Source of the DNA: Syntrophales bacterium | Lineage (GTDB): Bacteria; Desulfobacterota; Syntrophia; Syntrophales; Fen-1087 | Assembly (NCBI GenBank): GCA_034678725.1 | Contig: JAXDBM010000045.1 | Location: 6,321-70,320 of the forward strand | Reading direction: 5' to 3' | DNA: 64,000 nt | Shown here: piece by piece, positions 47,836 through 58,270 of the stretch | Layout: every line of letters starts with the position of its first letter | Position numbering within the stretch: position 1 is the stretch's first letter | Made by a program: the position numbers and the translations under genes | Notes under the pieces: generated by a model | The model's input: only the letters and a program-made list of their open reading frames with translations | Databases searched by the model: none | What the model was told of the DNA's origin: nothing

Positions 47836-48039
47836 AATTTCTTGACTTAAAAAACGCATGCAGATAGCGTACTCAGCCATTGCAGCGTGGGGGGATGCCG
47901 CCCGTGACGGTGAACCCGCTTTTGCCGGATCGGGAGGCGGGAATGGCAAGAGCATGGAAACCATTCCTCCTGTCCCGTGAAATGATTCTCCCGGGTTTGC
48001 GTTCCCCAGCCGTTGCGATCAACGCCATGGAGAAAACCG

Positions 48040-50706
48040 ATGAAGACAGGGTCTTTGAGCAAGGTTTATGAGCCGCACGAAGCGGAGGCGAAGTGGTACC
48101 GGTACTGGATGGACCATGATCTGTTCAGGGCGCAGGACGCCAGCGACAAAAAGCCGTTTTCCATCGTCATCCCCCCCCCGAACGTGACCGGCATGCTGCA
48201 CATGGGGCACGCCCTGAACAATGTCCTTCAGGATGTCATGACGCGCTTCAAGCGGATGCAGGGATACAATGCGCTCTGGATGCCCGGGACCGACCATGCC
48301 GGCATCGCCACCCAGAATGTGGTGGAACAGGAGCTGGCAAAGGAGGGACTGACCCGCCACGATCTGGGCCGGGAAAAATTCATCGAACGGGTCTGGCAGT
48401 GGAAGGAGAAATACGGCGGCGTGATCATCAACCAGCTCAAGCGGCTGGGCTGTTCCTGCGACTGGTCCCGTGAGCGCTTCACCATGGACGAGGGCCTGTC
48501 CCGGGCCGTCCGGGAGGTGTTTGTGCGGCTCTATCGGGATGGCCTGATCTACCAGGGGGATTATATCGTCAACTGGTGTCCGCGGTGCCATACGGCCATT
48601 TCGGACCTGGAGGTCGAATACAAGGAGGAGCCGGGTTTCCTCTGGAACATCCGCTACCCCTACGCGGACGGCAGCGGCGACATCATCGTCGCCACCACGC
48701 GACCGGAGACGATGCTCGGCGACACGGCCGTGGCCGTGAACCCGAAGGATCCCCGCTATGCCGGCAAGGTGGGCAAGGAGGTCATCCTCCCCATCGTCAA
48801 CAAGAGAATCCCCGTGATTGCCGATGACTACGTGACTGTGGAATTCGGTTCCGGCGCCGTCAAGATCACGCCGGCATCCGATCCCAACGACTTTGCCATT
48901 GCCGGGCGTCACAATCTCGAAATCATCAAAATCATGGACGGCAGCGCCGCGATTAATGAAAACGGCGGGATTTATCAGGGGCAGGACCGCTATGAATGCC
49001 GAAAAAACATCGTAAAGGATCTCGAAAAGCAGGGTTATCTCATCGGCACGGAACCCTACACCCACAATATCGGGCAATGCTACCGCTGCAAAACCGACGT
49101 GGAGCCATTTGTTTCCAAACAATGGTTCGTGAAAATCGCACCGCTGGCGAAGGCGGCCAACGCGGCCGTGGTCAAGGGCAAGACACGGATCGTCCCGTCC
49201 ATGTGGGAGGCCACCTATTTCGAATGGATGAGCAATATCCGCGACTGGTGCATTTCCCGGCAGATCTGGTGGGGACATCGGATCCCCGTCTGGTACTGCG
49301 GCGGCTGCGGTGAAATGATTGTGTCGCCAACCGATCCGGACCAGTGCCCGGGCTGCCAGGGGACGGCGCTGCGCCAGGAGGACGACGTCCTGGATACCTG
49401 GTTCAGTTCGGCCCTGTGGCCCTTTTCCACGATGGGCTGGCCGGAGCAGACGAGCGCGCTGAAGACATTCTATCCCACCTCCCTGCTGATCACCGGGTTT
49501 GACATCCTCTTCTTCTGGGTGGCCCGGATGATGATGATGGGGCTGTACGTCATGAAAGACGTGCCCTTCCGGGACGTCTACCTCCACGCCCTGGTCCGTG
49601 ACGAGCATGGCGACAAGATGAGCAAATCGAAGGGGAACATCATCGATCCGCTCGAGATGATCGACAAATACGGCGCCGATCCCTTCCGGTTCACCCTGGC
49701 CGCCTTCACGGCGCAGGGCCGGGATGTCCGAATGTCGGAGGATCGGATCGAGGGGTATAAATTCTTCGTCAACAAGATCTGGAATGCCACGAAATTTTCC
49801 GTGATGAACCTCGAGGATTACAGTGCCGGGGAAAACATTCCCCCCGCAAGGGAGGATCTGTCCCTGCCGGACCGCTGGATTCTGGCAAGGCTCAATAAAA
49901 CGGTTGAAGAGGTGATCCGAGGCCTGGATGAATACCGGTTCAATGAAGCGGCCGGAAGCATCTACCAGTTCGTCTGGCACGAGTATTGCGACTGGTATCT
50001 GGAGCTGGTCAAGCCGGTCCTTTACGGCCGGGAGCAGACTCCGCGGCGGCGGGCGGTGCAGTGGACGCTGCTGACCACGCTGAAAACCCTGCTCAAGGTC
50101 CTGCATCCCTTCATGCCTTTCCTGACCGAGGAAATCTGGCAGGCCGTCGTGGCGGACGGCGCCTCGATCATGGTCAGCCCCTATCCGGAAATGGATGCAG
50201 GGCTCGAAGACGGGGAGGCGGAACGCCGGATGGGACTGATCGTGGAGGTCATCACCCGCATCCGGAACATCCGCGGAGAGATGAACATCGCCCCGTCGAA
50301 AAAGCTGAAAGTCGTCGTTTCCGCGCCCGATGCGGCCCTTTCGGGCGTCCTGGACGAGGGGAGGGATTTCATCGTCAACCTCGGAAACCTGGAGATGCTG
50401 ACGATCGGCGTGAACCTGGAGGAGCCCAAGGGCTCGGCCATCGGCGTGGCCGGCCTGTCGCGGGTTTTCGTCCTGATGGAGGGCATGATCGACATTGCCG
50501 GTGAGAGGTCCAGACTGGAAAAGGAACTGGCCCGCGTGGACAAGGACTTGAGCGTGGTGTCCAGAAAACTGGCCAACCGCGACTTCATGGCCAAAGCGGC
50601 CGAGGACGTCGTCAAGAAGGAACAGCAGAAGTACGAGGCATTCCGTGAAAAACACCGGGTCCTGGAAGCGGCGATTCGGAAACTTGACGAGATGGGGAAA
50701 CCGTAA
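48040..50706 (+). CDS. valS: Valine--tRNA ligase
   Basis: PPPNVTGMLHMGHA (HIGH), KMSKSKGN, and a C-terminal coiled coil. Confidence 0.95.
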   Translation: MKTGSLSKVYEPHEAEAKWYRYWMDHDLFRAQDASDKKPFSIVIPPPNVTGMLHMGHALNNVLQDVMTRFKRMQGYNALWMPGTDHAGIATQNVVEQELAKEGLTRHDLGREKFIERVWQWKEKYGGVIINQLKRLGCSCDWSRERFTMDEGLSRAVREVFVRLYRDGLIYQGDYIVNWCPRCHTAISDLEVEYKEEPGFLWNIRYPYADGSGDIIVATTRPETMLGDTAVAVNPKDPRYAGKVGKEVILPIVNKRIPVIADDYVTVEFGSGAVKITPASDPNDFAIAGRHNLEIIKIMDGSAAINENGGIYQGQDRYECRKNIVKDLEKQGYLIGTEPYTHNIGQCYRCKTDVEPFVSKQWFVKIAPLAKAANAAVVKGKTRIVPSMWEATYFEWMSNIRDWCISRQIWWGHRIPVWYCGGCGEMIVSPTDPDQCPGCQGTALRQEDDVLDTWFSSALWPFSTMGWPEQTSALKTFYPTSLLITGFDILFFWVARMMMMGLYVMKDVPFRDVYLHALVRDEHGDKMSKSKGNIIDPLEMIDKYGADPFRFTLAAFTAQGRDVRMSEDRIEGYKFFVNKIWNATKFSVMNLEDYSAGENIPPAREDLSLPDRWILARLNKTVEEVIRGLDEYRFNEAAGSIYQFVWHEYCDWYLELVKPVLYGREQTPRRRAVQWTLLTTLKTLLKVLHPFMPFLTEEIWQAVVADGASIMVSPYPEMDAGLEDGEAERRMGLIVEVITRIRNIRGEMNIAPSKKLKVVVSAPDAALSGVLDEGRDFIVNLGNLEMLTIGVNLEEPKGSAIGVAGLSRVFVLMEGMIDIAGERSRLEKELARVDKDLSVVSRKLANRDFMAKAAEDVVKKEQQKYEAFREKHRVLEAAIRKLDEMGKP

Positions 50707-50758
50707 GCGAAAGCGGGCGGAACATGAGGACCGCATCGCTGGAGCGTGGCGACGGCGG

Positions 50759-51616
50759 GTGAATCCGGGGGATGCAGAGATTTTGGTTCCGAAAGAAAAG
50801 CTTCGCCAGTTGATCCGGTCCGCGCTGGACGAGGATGTCGGCGCCGGAGATGTAACGACCGGGGCGCTGCTTTCCGGCCGTGAAACCGGGATCGCGCGGG
50901 CGATGGCCAAAACCGATCTGGTCGTGGCCGGCATCGATGTGTTCCGGGAAACCTTTCTTTTTCTGAACCGGGAGATCCGATTTGCCGACTGTCGTGAGGA
51001 CGGCAGCGAAATCCGGCGCGGAGACATCCTGGCGGAACTTTCCGGAAGTCTCGGCGACATCCTGACCGCCGAGCGGGTGGCGCTGAATTTTCTGCAGCGG
51101 ATGTGCGGGATCGCCACCATGACGCGGCAGTTCGTGAAGGCCCTTGCGGGAACGCGCGCCGGGATTCTGGACACCCGCAAGACGGCCCCGGGGCTCCGGA
51201 TCCTCGACAAGTACGCCGTCGCGGCCGGCGGCGGCCTGAATCACCGCTTTGCCCTCTATGACGGGGTCCTCATCAAGGACAACCATATCACGGCGGCCGG
51301 CGGCATCGGAGAGGCCGTGAAGCGGGCGAGACGGAAAATCCCCCACCTGCTGAAGATCGAGGTGGAAGTCAAGAATCACGGCGAGGTGAGGGAGGCGCTC
51401 GCCGCCGGCGCCGACGCCGTCATGCTGGACAACATGGGCCTCGAGGCCATGCGCGAGGCCGTCCTTCTGATCGGCGGGCAAATCCCCGTGGAAGCCTCCG
51501 GGAATGTGACGCTTGCCAATGTGAGGCAAATTGCCGAAACCGGCGTCGACTTCATCTCCGTAGGCGCCCTGACCCACTCCGTGACCGCCGCGGACATCTC
51601 CCTGGTCGTTCAGTAA
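50759..51616 (+). CDS. nadC: Nicotinate-nucleotide diphosphorylase (quinolinate phosphoribosyltransferase)
   Basis: ALDEDVGAGDVTT, ILDTRKTAPGLR and LIKDNHI. The start is uncertain, and GTG 50759 is the first in-frame start after the valS stop. Confidence 0.85.
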   Translation: MNPGDAEILVPKEKLRQLIRSALDEDVGAGDVTTGALLSGRETGIARAMAKTDLVVAGIDVFRETFLFLNREIRFADCREDGSEIRRGDILAELSGSLGDILTAERVALNFLQRMCGIATMTRQFVKALAGTRAGILDTRKTAPGLRILDKYAVAAGGGLNHRFALYDGVLIKDNHITAAGGIGEAVKRARRKIPHLLKIEVEVKNHGEVREALAAGADAVMLDNMGLEAMREAVLLIGGQIPVEASGNVTLANVRQIAETGVDFISVGALTHSVTAADISLVVQ

Positions 51617-51655
51617 CAATTGCCGGTTTGGACACGGCTCGGTCATGGATTCGAC

Positions 51656-52462
51656 ATGGAAGAGCGTGCATTCGTTTTCACCCAACAGGGGCTTTCCGAT
51701 TCCCTGAAGCGCAATCCCCTCGTTGCGTGCGTTCACTATTTTCCGGAAATCGGCTCGACGAACCGCCAGGCCTTTCGGCTTGCCCTGGACGGCGCCCGGG
51801 AGGGTGAGATCGTCGTCGCCGATGCCCAGACGCGCGGCAAGGGAAGGTTGAACCGCGTCTGGCAGTCCCCCCCCGGTGTAAACCTGTATGTTTCGGCGAT
51901 CCTGAGGCCCCGGATCGAGCCTGCGACGGCCCCCCAGATCACGTTGATGGCGGGGGTGGCGGTGGCGGAGCTCCTGTCCGGCTACTGTCCGGACGGCGTA
52001 TCGATCAAATGGCCCAACGACGTACTCATTCGGGGAAGGAAAGCCTGCGGTATCCTGACGGAAATGAAGGCTTCCACGGGCGCCGTCGACTTCATCATCC
52101 TGGGCATCGGGCTCAATGTCAACATGGACCGGGAGGATTTCGACGATCTTCTTCGGGGTACCGCCACGTCCCTTCGAATCGAGACCGGGATTGCGCAGGA
52201 CCGTCTCGACGTGATTTCGAGGCTGTTTGGATTCATCGAAAAATGGTATAGGGTCTTCGTCCAGACCGGTTTTGCCGGCATGCGCGATGCCTGGCTGGCT
52301 CATGCCGATATTCTGGGAAGGCCGATCCGGGTGGTTGACCGCGATGCGTCGCAGGATGGCGTGGTGACCGGCATCGATGCCGACGGCGCTATCCTGATGC
52401 GGCAGGAAAACGGGTCCGTGCAAAGGGTCATTGCCGGGGATGTTCATCTTTTGGGGAGGTAG
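51656..52462 (+). CDS. birA: Biotin--[acetyl-CoA-carboxylase] ligase (no N-terminal HTH)
   Basis: [17 protein letters not shown] and KWPNDV. Confidence 0.9.
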   Translation: MEERAFVFTQQGLSDSLKRNPLVACVHYFPEIGSTNRQAFRLALDGAREGEIVVADAQTRGKGRLNRVWQSPPGVNLYVSAILRPRIEPATAPQITLMAGVAVAELLSGYCPDGVSIKWPNDVLIRGRKACGILTEMKASTGAVDFIILGIGLNVNMDREDFDDLLRGTATSLRIETGIAQDRLDVISRLFGFIEKWYRVFVQTGFAGMRDAWLAHADILGRPIRVVDRDASQDGVVTGIDADGAILMRQENGSVQRVIAGDVHLLGR

Positions 52463-52466
52463 CATC

Positions 52467-53234
52467 ATGCTCCTGGTGGTTGACGTGGGGAATACCAATA
52501 CCGTCCTGGGACTGTTCGACGGGGCGGAGCTGGTTCACGACTGGCGGATCCGGACCGTCGTGGACCACACCGTGGATGAATACGGAATGCTGATTTACAA
52601 TCTCTACAAGACCAGCCGGATCAGCTCCCGGAAGATTCGGGACATCATCATTTCCTGCGTCGTTCCCCCCATGCTGAACATTCTGGAGCCCCTCTGCGGG
52701 AAATATTTCAGTCTGAAACCCCTGATCGTCGGGCCCGGCGTCAAGACCGGCATGCCCATTTTCTACGACAACCCGAAGGAGGTGGGAGCGGACCGGATCG
52801 TGAACGCCGTGGCCGGCTACGAAAAGTACAAGCAGGACCTGATCATCGTCGATTTCGGAACCGCGACCACGTTCGATTACGTTTCCGCAAGAGGGGAATA
52901 CATGGGCGGCTGCATCACGCCGGGCATCATGATCTCCAGCGAGGCGCTCTTCGAGCGGGCGGCCAAGCTGCCCCGGGTCGAACTCAGCAAACCCCGGTCC
53001 ATCGTGGCCAAGGATACCGTGAGCAGCATGCAGGCCGGAATCATCTATGGATACGCCGGCCTGGTGGACGGGATCTGCGAGCGCATGAAAGCGGAGGTGA
53101 AATCAAACCCCCTGGTGGTGGCGACAGGAGGACTGGCCAAGATTGTCGCGCCGGAGACGAGAAACATCAATATCGTGGACGATATGCTGACGCTGGAGGG
53201 GCTGCGGATCATCTATCTCCGCAACAAGACCTGA
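52467..53234 (+). CDS. coaX: Type III pantothenate kinase
   Basis: [12 protein letters not shown] and [10 protein letters not shown]. Confidence 0.95.
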   Translation: MLLVVDVGNTNTVLGLFDGAELVHDWRIRTVVDHTVDEYGMLIYNLYKTSRISSRKIRDIIISCVVPPMLNILEPLCGKYFSLKPLIVGPGVKTGMPIFYDNPKEVGADRIVNAVAGYEKYKQDLIIVDFGTATTFDYVSARGEYMGGCITPGIMISSEALFERAAKLPRVELSKPRSIVAKDTVSSMQAGIIYGYAGLVDGICERMKAEVKSNPLVVATGGLAKIVAPETRNINIVDDMLTLEGLRIIYLRNKT

Positions 53235-53298
53235 CGGTTCAGTCAAGCCCCGGTGCAACGGAACGGGCCGCATCCGCACACCGGGTCTCCACTTATGC

Positions 53299-53336
53299 AA
53301 AAAAGGGGAAACTCCGCCAGGAGCTTCCCCTTTTTT
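53299..53336. terminator. Bidirectional intrinsic terminator between coaX (+) and the MFS gene (-)
   Basis: AAAAAA-GGGGAA-(14 nt)-TTCCCC-TTTTTT. Confidence 0.7.
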
Positions 53337-53354
53337 GTTGTGCGCATCTCGTCC

Positions 53355-54683
53355 TCAGGCTTTCTGAGGCGGTTTGAGCATCCAGACGATGCCGATGGAT
53401 GCAAGACACATCACGCCGGAGATGATGAAGGAGGTGGAATAGTCCCCCGCGCTGAACTGTTTGACCAGTACGGCGCCCTTGTCCATGACCTCGTATGGAA
53501 TTTTGCCGACGATGTTCATGAGCTTGGGGGCCAGCCAGGGGCCGATCAGTCCGCCCGCGCCATAGGCGGCGAACATCAGGCCGTAGTTGGCGCCCACGTT
53601 TTTCGTGCCGAAATAATCCGCCGTCACCGCCGGGTAGAGGCCGAGGAACCCTCCGAAGCAGAACCCGATGGAGCAGACGCCGAAAAGGAACATGGGGTAG
53701 CTGGTGAACATCTTCAGGGCCAGCATGATGGCGCCGGCGTAGGCGAAGATGATGATCAGGGTCATTTTGCGACCGATCATGTCGGATACCTGTCCCCAGA
53801 CGAGGCGTCCCGCCGCATTGAGGATCGCGACGATCATGACGGCCCACGCGCCCTGGTCGGCGATGGTCTTGAAGGCGTCTTTCGTGACGGTCGGCATGCC
53901 CTTGGCGAGCTCGATCATGGAAGGCGACTGCCACATGTTGGTGATGTTCATGATGATCATGAGACCCGCCATGCAGCCGGCAAAATAGGTGATCCAGAGG
54001 AAATAGAACTGCGGAGTCCTGAGCATTTCACCGGTGGTAAAATCGGCGCCTGCCGCCGCTGCCGCTCCCGGCGCGGGCGCCGGCGGGGTCCATCCTTCCG
54101 GCTTGTATCCGGCCGGGGGCACGACCATCAACTGGGCGCCCAGCACGACGGCGACGAGAAAGATGATCCCAAGATACATGAATGTCGGCATGATGCCCGA
54201 CGAGGCGATGAAAGACTTGGCGATGGGGGTGAAGACGAGGGCGCCCGCGCCGAAGCCCGCCACGGCGAGGCCGGTGATCATCCCGCGCTTGTCGGGGAAC
54301 CACTTCACGCAGGTGGCGATGGGGCAGACGTAGGCTGCGCCGATGCCCAGGCCGCCGATCACGCTGAATGCGAGGGTGAACATCGTCAGCGTGTCCGCAT
54401 AGGACGCGATGATGAGGCCCGTGCCCAGCATCACGCCGCCGACGGAGGCGACGATGCGCGGCCCGATCTTGTCCTGGATCTTGCCCGCGAAAATGACGCC
54501 AAGGGCAAAAAAGGCGAGTATGAGCTGGGACGGAAGGGCCAGATCCGTCGGACTCCAAGAGGGAAACTTGGCGCTCAGGGAGGGTTTGAAGACACTGTAG
54601 ATGTAAACCGCGCCGAGGCTGACCTGGATCAGCATTGCGCCGACGACAACAAGCCACCGGTTGAACGTTTTCTCAGCTGCCAT
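53355..54683 (-). CDS. MFS transporter, oxalate/formate antiporter (OFA) family-like
   Basis: 12-TM profile and an N-terminus (NRWLVVVGAMLIQVSLGAVYIYSVF) typical of the OFA family. Confidence 0.75.
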   Translation of the reverse strand: MAAEKTFNRWLVVVGAMLIQVSLGAVYIYSVFKPSLSAKFPSWSPTDLALPSQLILAFFALGVIFAGKIQDKIGPRIVASVGGVMLGTGLIIASYADTLTMFTLAFSVIGGLGIGAAYVCPIATCVKWFPDKRGMITGLAVAGFGAGALVFTPIAKSFIASSGIMPTFMYLGIIFLVAVVLGAQLMVVPPAGYKPEGWTPPAPAPGAAAAAGADFTTGEMLRTPQFYFLWITYFAGCMAGLMIIMNITNMWQSPSMIELAKGMPTVTKDAFKTIADQGAWAVMIVAILNAAGRLVWGQVSDMIGRKMTLIIIFAYAGAIMLALKMFTSYPMFLFGVCSIGFCFGGFLGLYPAVTADYFGTKNVGANYGLMFAAYGAGGLIGPWLAPKLMNIVGKIPYEVMDKGAVLVKQFSAGDYSTSFIISGVMCLASIGIVWMLKPPQKA

Positions 54684-54718
54684 TAAAAAATCCTCCTTCT
54701 TATCATAATGCGCGGGCT

Positions 54719-54753
54719 AATAGCATATTTGCGGGAGCGTGTCTAATGCTATT
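54719..54753. repeat. Inverted repeat AATAGCAT-N19-ATGCTATT upstream of the MFS gene
   Basis: Perfect 8-bp arms at 54719-26 and 54746-53, 36-70 nt upstream of the MFS start. Confidence 0.6.
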
Positions 54754-54815
54754 TGCCGCGGCATTCCCGCATCGACAAGTGCCGTTTAGGGACCGGATCT
54801 TTTCAACGATGTGGT

Positions 54816-55403
54816 TTAATCGGATTCCAGCCGGATCAGGTCTTCGGGGGTGTTGATGTTCATGAACATCCGGGTGCCGGGATCGAAGGATTGAATGGTT
54901 TCCTCGGGGATATAAAGGATCTTCAGGCCCTTGTAAAAACCGGTGATCTTCAGTCTGTCGCGAAGCAGACTGTTTTTGATGGCGGGCAGGCATTTTCGGG
55001 AATACAAGGCGTGAAGGGGCTGGAGCCCGTCGGCAGCCTGGGGGACGACGATGTCGTAAGGGAGCGCCCGTTCCATCATATGGGCGATGAATTCAGCGTT
55101 CAGGCAGGGCATGTCGCAGGCGGCGACAAAGGCATGAGAGCTGTTTGCGTAAAACAGGCCCGTGTAGATGCCTCCCAGGGCCTTTCTGCCCGGATAGATG
55201 TCGGTCACGAGGGTCACATCCAGATCGAGGTAGTCCCGGGGTTTATTGGTCACCAGGATCACTTCGGCGAACAGGCCTCTGAAGATCCGGATCATCCGGT
55301 CGATCAGCCGCTTGCCGTCCACGACCAGGAAGGCCTTGTTCTGACCCATGCGTACGTTCTCGCCTCCGGACAGGATGATGCCCGTCATGCTGTGCGCGCT
55401 CAT
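54816..55403 (-). CDS. mobA: Molybdenum cofactor guanylyltransferase
   Basis: GIILSGGENVRMGQNKAFL and CDMP. Confidence 0.85.
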   Translation of the reverse strand: MSAHSMTGIILSGGENVRMGQNKAFLVVDGKRLIDRMIRIFRGLFAEVILVTNKPRDYLDLDVTLVTDIYPGRKALGGIYTGLFYANSSHAFVAACDMPCLNAEFIAHMMERALPYDIVVPQAADGLQPLHALYSRKCLPAIKNSLLRDRLKITGFYKGLKILYIPEETIQSFDPGTRMFMNINTPEDLIRLESD

Positions 55404-55537
55404 GGAAATACTCCTATTACAGTTTCGGGGGGCAGGTCAAGGAGGCATTGCAGACGTGTTTTGACATCGGTCCGCGGATCGTGTAGGGTCTGCGAAAACG
55501 CCTTGCCGGTTCGTGGCCGGAAGCCACGCGTTGTTTC

Positions 55538-56869
55538 ATGATGACCGAGGAGCCAAAAATCAGAGTCGGCATTCTGACGGGCCGACGGCAGGTCCGGGGG
55601 GGATTCAACGGCCCGTTTCGTCTGGAGAACGGTGCGTCCGTCGACGGTCCCTTTTCCGCGCATGCCGAAGGCGGCCGGATAACAATTATGGATTCCCGGG
55701 GAAGGTCGTTTGCCGGAGCGGGGACCATCCGCTTCGCCCGTGGCGAATCGTCCTCATTCACGCTTTTCGGCGTCCGGATCGGCATCCGCTTCCACTGGGA
55801 GCGGGAACAGGAACAGACCTTTCAGGGTGATCTCATGCTCATGGCCCGCGGGGACGGCGCCGTGACCGCCGTCAACGAACTCCCGCTCGAATCCTATCTG
55901 GAGAGTGTCATCGCCTCGGAAATGAGCGCTTCCGCTCCGCCGGAATTCCTGAGAGCCCACGCCATCATGTCGCGAAGCTGGGTTGCATCCATGCTGGAAC
56001 GGCCGCGCGAGCCGGCGCCTGCGACCGGAGCGGGGAGACCGGACCACCCGCAGCCCGGGGAGCGCATCGCCTGGTATGGCCGCGAGGAGCACGATGGTTT
56101 TGATGTCTGTGCCGACGATCACTGCCAGCGCTACCAGGGGGTTGGTGTCGTCTCCCGAGCCGTCCGGGATGCCGTCCGGTCGAGCCGCGGGATTTGCCTG
56201 ACTTACGGCGGGGAGATCTGCGACGCGCGGTACCACAAATCCTGCGGCGGTCTGACGGAAAATTTCGAAAACGTCTGGGAGGAGACCCCCGTTCCCTATC
56301 TTTGCTCGGTATCCGATTCCACGCGATTCTTTCCGGCGGTCCGGAACGAGGAAGAGGCCAGGCAATGGATCTGCGGATCGCCGGAAGCCCACTGCAACAC
56401 GTCGGACGCCGGTCTTCTTCGGCAGATCCTTCCGGCCTTTGATCGGGAGACAGCCGATTTTTTCCGCTGGAAAACGGTCTACGCCCGGGAGGAACTGGAG
56501 GAGATCCTGCGGGAGAAGACGGGACTCGACTTTGGCGTTCTTCAGCGCCTGACGCCGCTGGAACGCGGTCCCTCGGGGCGGATCGTCCGGTTGGAGATTC
56601 AGGGATCGAAGGAACGCCTGGTGGTTGGCAAGGAGCTGGAGATCCGCCGCTGCCTTTCCCGAAGCCACCTCTACAGCAGCGCTTTCATTGTCTCCGGCGA
56701 TTGCGATCCGTCCGGTCAGCCCGTCCAGTTCGTTCTGGAAGGCGCCGGATGGGGGCATGGCGTCGGCCTGTGTCAGATCGGGGCGGCGGTGATGGCGGCC
56801 CGGGGGGCCCGGGGCGAGGACATCCTGAAGCATTACTTTCGAGGCGCCGCACTGCGAAGGTGCTACTGA
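55538..56869 (+). CDS. SpoIID/LytB-domain protein (peptidoglycan-cleaving / amidase-enhancer family)
   Basis: LESYLESVIASEM, FLRAHAIMSRSW, DVCADDHCQRYQG and YHKSCGGLTEN. Confidence 0.8.
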   Translation: MMTEEPKIRVGILTGRRQVRGGFNGPFRLENGASVDGPFSAHAEGGRITIMDSRGRSFAGAGTIRFARGESSSFTLFGVRIGIRFHWEREQEQTFQGDLMLMARGDGAVTAVNELPLESYLESVIASEMSASAPPEFLRAHAIMSRSWVASMLERPREPAPATGAGRPDHPQPGERIAWYGREEHDGFDVCADDHCQRYQGVGVVSRAVRDAVRSSRGICLTYGGEICDARYHKSCGGLTENFENVWEETPVPYLCSVSDSTRFFPAVRNEEEARQWICGSPEAHCNTSDAGLLRQILPAFDRETADFFRWKTVYAREELEEILREKTGLDFGVLQRLTPLERGPSGRIVRLEIQGSKERLVVGKELEIRRCLSRSHLYSSAFIVSGDCDPSGQPVQFVLEGAGWGHGVGLCQIGAAVMAARGARGEDILKHYFRGAALRRCY

Positions 56870-56941
56870 TTCGACGCGCCCGTCCGCCTTTTTCGTTGAC
56901 AGGCCCGTGCCCATGTTCTATGCGTCCGCTACGGAAATTTC

Positions 56942-58270
56942 ATGCGCTTCCCCGACGCCGCGAGACTGACGAACATGCCCATTCCTGACCCGTCCGCCCG
57001 GAACCAGTGGAAATGGATTCCCACCCTCTATCTTGCGGAAGGCATTCCCTATGTCATGGTCATGACAGTATCCGTCGTTCTGTACAAGCGTCTCGGCATT
57101 TCCAATACCGACATTGCGCTGTACACGAGCTGGCTCTATCTGCCCTGGGTCATCAAGCCCCTCTGGAGCCCGCTGGTCGACATGCTGCGGACGAAGCGAT
57201 TCTGGATCGTCTTCATGCAGCTGGCCGTCGGCGCGTCCCTGGCCTCCGTGGCCCTGACCATTCCGGCGCCGGATTTTTTTCAGTACACACTGGCATTTTT
57301 CTGGATCCTGGCCTTCAGTTCCGCCACCCACGACATTGCCGCCGACGGTTTCTATATGCTGGCGCTGCCCGAGCACCAGCAGGCTGCCTTCATCGGCGTG
57401 CGAACCACCTTTTACCGGATCGCCACGATCGCCGCCAAGGGCGGCCTGGTCATTCTTGCCGGCTATCTGGAAACGCACGGCTTCACGGTGACTTCCGCCT
57501 GGTCGATCACGTTCCTTGCGGCTGCGTCCCTGTTCCTTGCATTCTGCGTCTACCATGCCGCCATGCTCCCCCGACCCTTCACGGACAGGCCGGCCGCACG
57601 GGACCCCTCCCGAAGCCGCCCCGGCCAGTTCCTCGATAGTCTGTTTCTGTTCTTCCGGCGGAAAAATATCCTGGGGATCATCGCCTTTCTGCTGCTGTAC
57701 CGCTTTGCCGAGGCCCAGCTCGTGAAGATGGTGGCGCCCTTCCTTCTCGATCCCCGGGCGAAGGGCGGTCTCGGGCTGACGACCGGCGAGGTCGGCATTG
57801 TCTACGGAACGGTCGGTGTCATGGCCCTGATGCTGGGCGGCCTGCTCGGGGGCTATGTCATTTCGAAACAGGGATTGAAATTCTGGATCTGGATCATGGC
57901 CTGCGCCATGCACCTGCCGGACCTGATTTTCGTCTATCTCTCCCAGGTTCAGCCGCAGAGCTTCTGGGTCGTCAATCTGGCGGTTGCCGTGGAGCAGTTC
58001 GGATACGGATTCGGTTTCACGGCCTACACGATGGTCATGATCATGATTTCGGATGGGCCGTTCAAAACGGTGAACTACGCCGTCGCCACGGGCATCATGG
58101 CTCTGGGCATGATGATCCCGGCCATGTTCAGCGGGTGGATCCAGGATCAGATCGGCTATCCGCACTTCTTTCTGTGGATCATCCTCTCCACCGTGCCCGG
58201 CTTCGCCGTGGTGGCCCTGATCCGGATCGATCCGGAATTCGGCACGAAGCGGGCGGAGGTGCGCCATTGA
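56942..58270 (+). CDS. ampG: AmpG-family MFS permease (muropeptide transporter-like)
   Basis: LYLAEGIPYV and YLPWVIKPLWSPLVD match the AmpG signature. 12 TM. An alternative ATG lies at 56975. Confidence 0.7.
   Translation: MRFPDAARLTNMPIPDPSARNQWKWIPTLYLAEGIPYVMVMTVSVVLYKRLGISNTDIALYTSWLYLPWVIKPLWSPLVDMLRTKRFWIVFMQLAVGASLASVALTIPAPDFFQYTLAFFWILAFSSATHDIAADGFYMLALPEHQQAAFIGVRTTFYRIATIAAKGGLVILAGYLETHGFTVTSAWSITFLAAASLFLAFCVYHAAMLPRPFTDRPAARDPSRSRPGQFLDSLFLFFRRKNILGIIAFLLLYRFAEAQLVKMVAPFLLDPRAKGGLGLTTGEVGIVYGTVGVMALMLGGLLGGYVISKQGLKFWIWIMACAMHLPDLIFVYLSQVQPQSFWVVNLAVAVEQFGYGFGFTAYTMVMIMISDGPFKTVNYAVATGIMALGMMIPAMFSGWIQDQIGYPHFFLWIILSTVPGFAVVALIRIDPEFGTKRAEVRH

Noticed and set aside
47836-48039. 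Possible T-box or other leader upstream of valS (about 200 nt untranslated)
   Set aside because: I could not find the conserved T-box sequence (AAnnnGGGTGGTACCGCG-like) or a terminator/antiterminator pair. Only a weak TTGACT..TAGCGT promoter-like element is present.
48019-51210. 1063-aa ORF on the minus strand, the longest in the window
   Set aside because: It lies antisense to valS and nadC, whose products have unmistakable class-I tRNA-ligase and QPRTase motifs. Its translation is Arg/Gly/Pro/His-rich low-complexity sequence, typical of shadow ORFs in high-GC DNA.
50612-52498. 628-aa minus-strand ORF
   Set aside because: It is antisense to nadC and birA. It is a shadow ORF with low-complexity composition.
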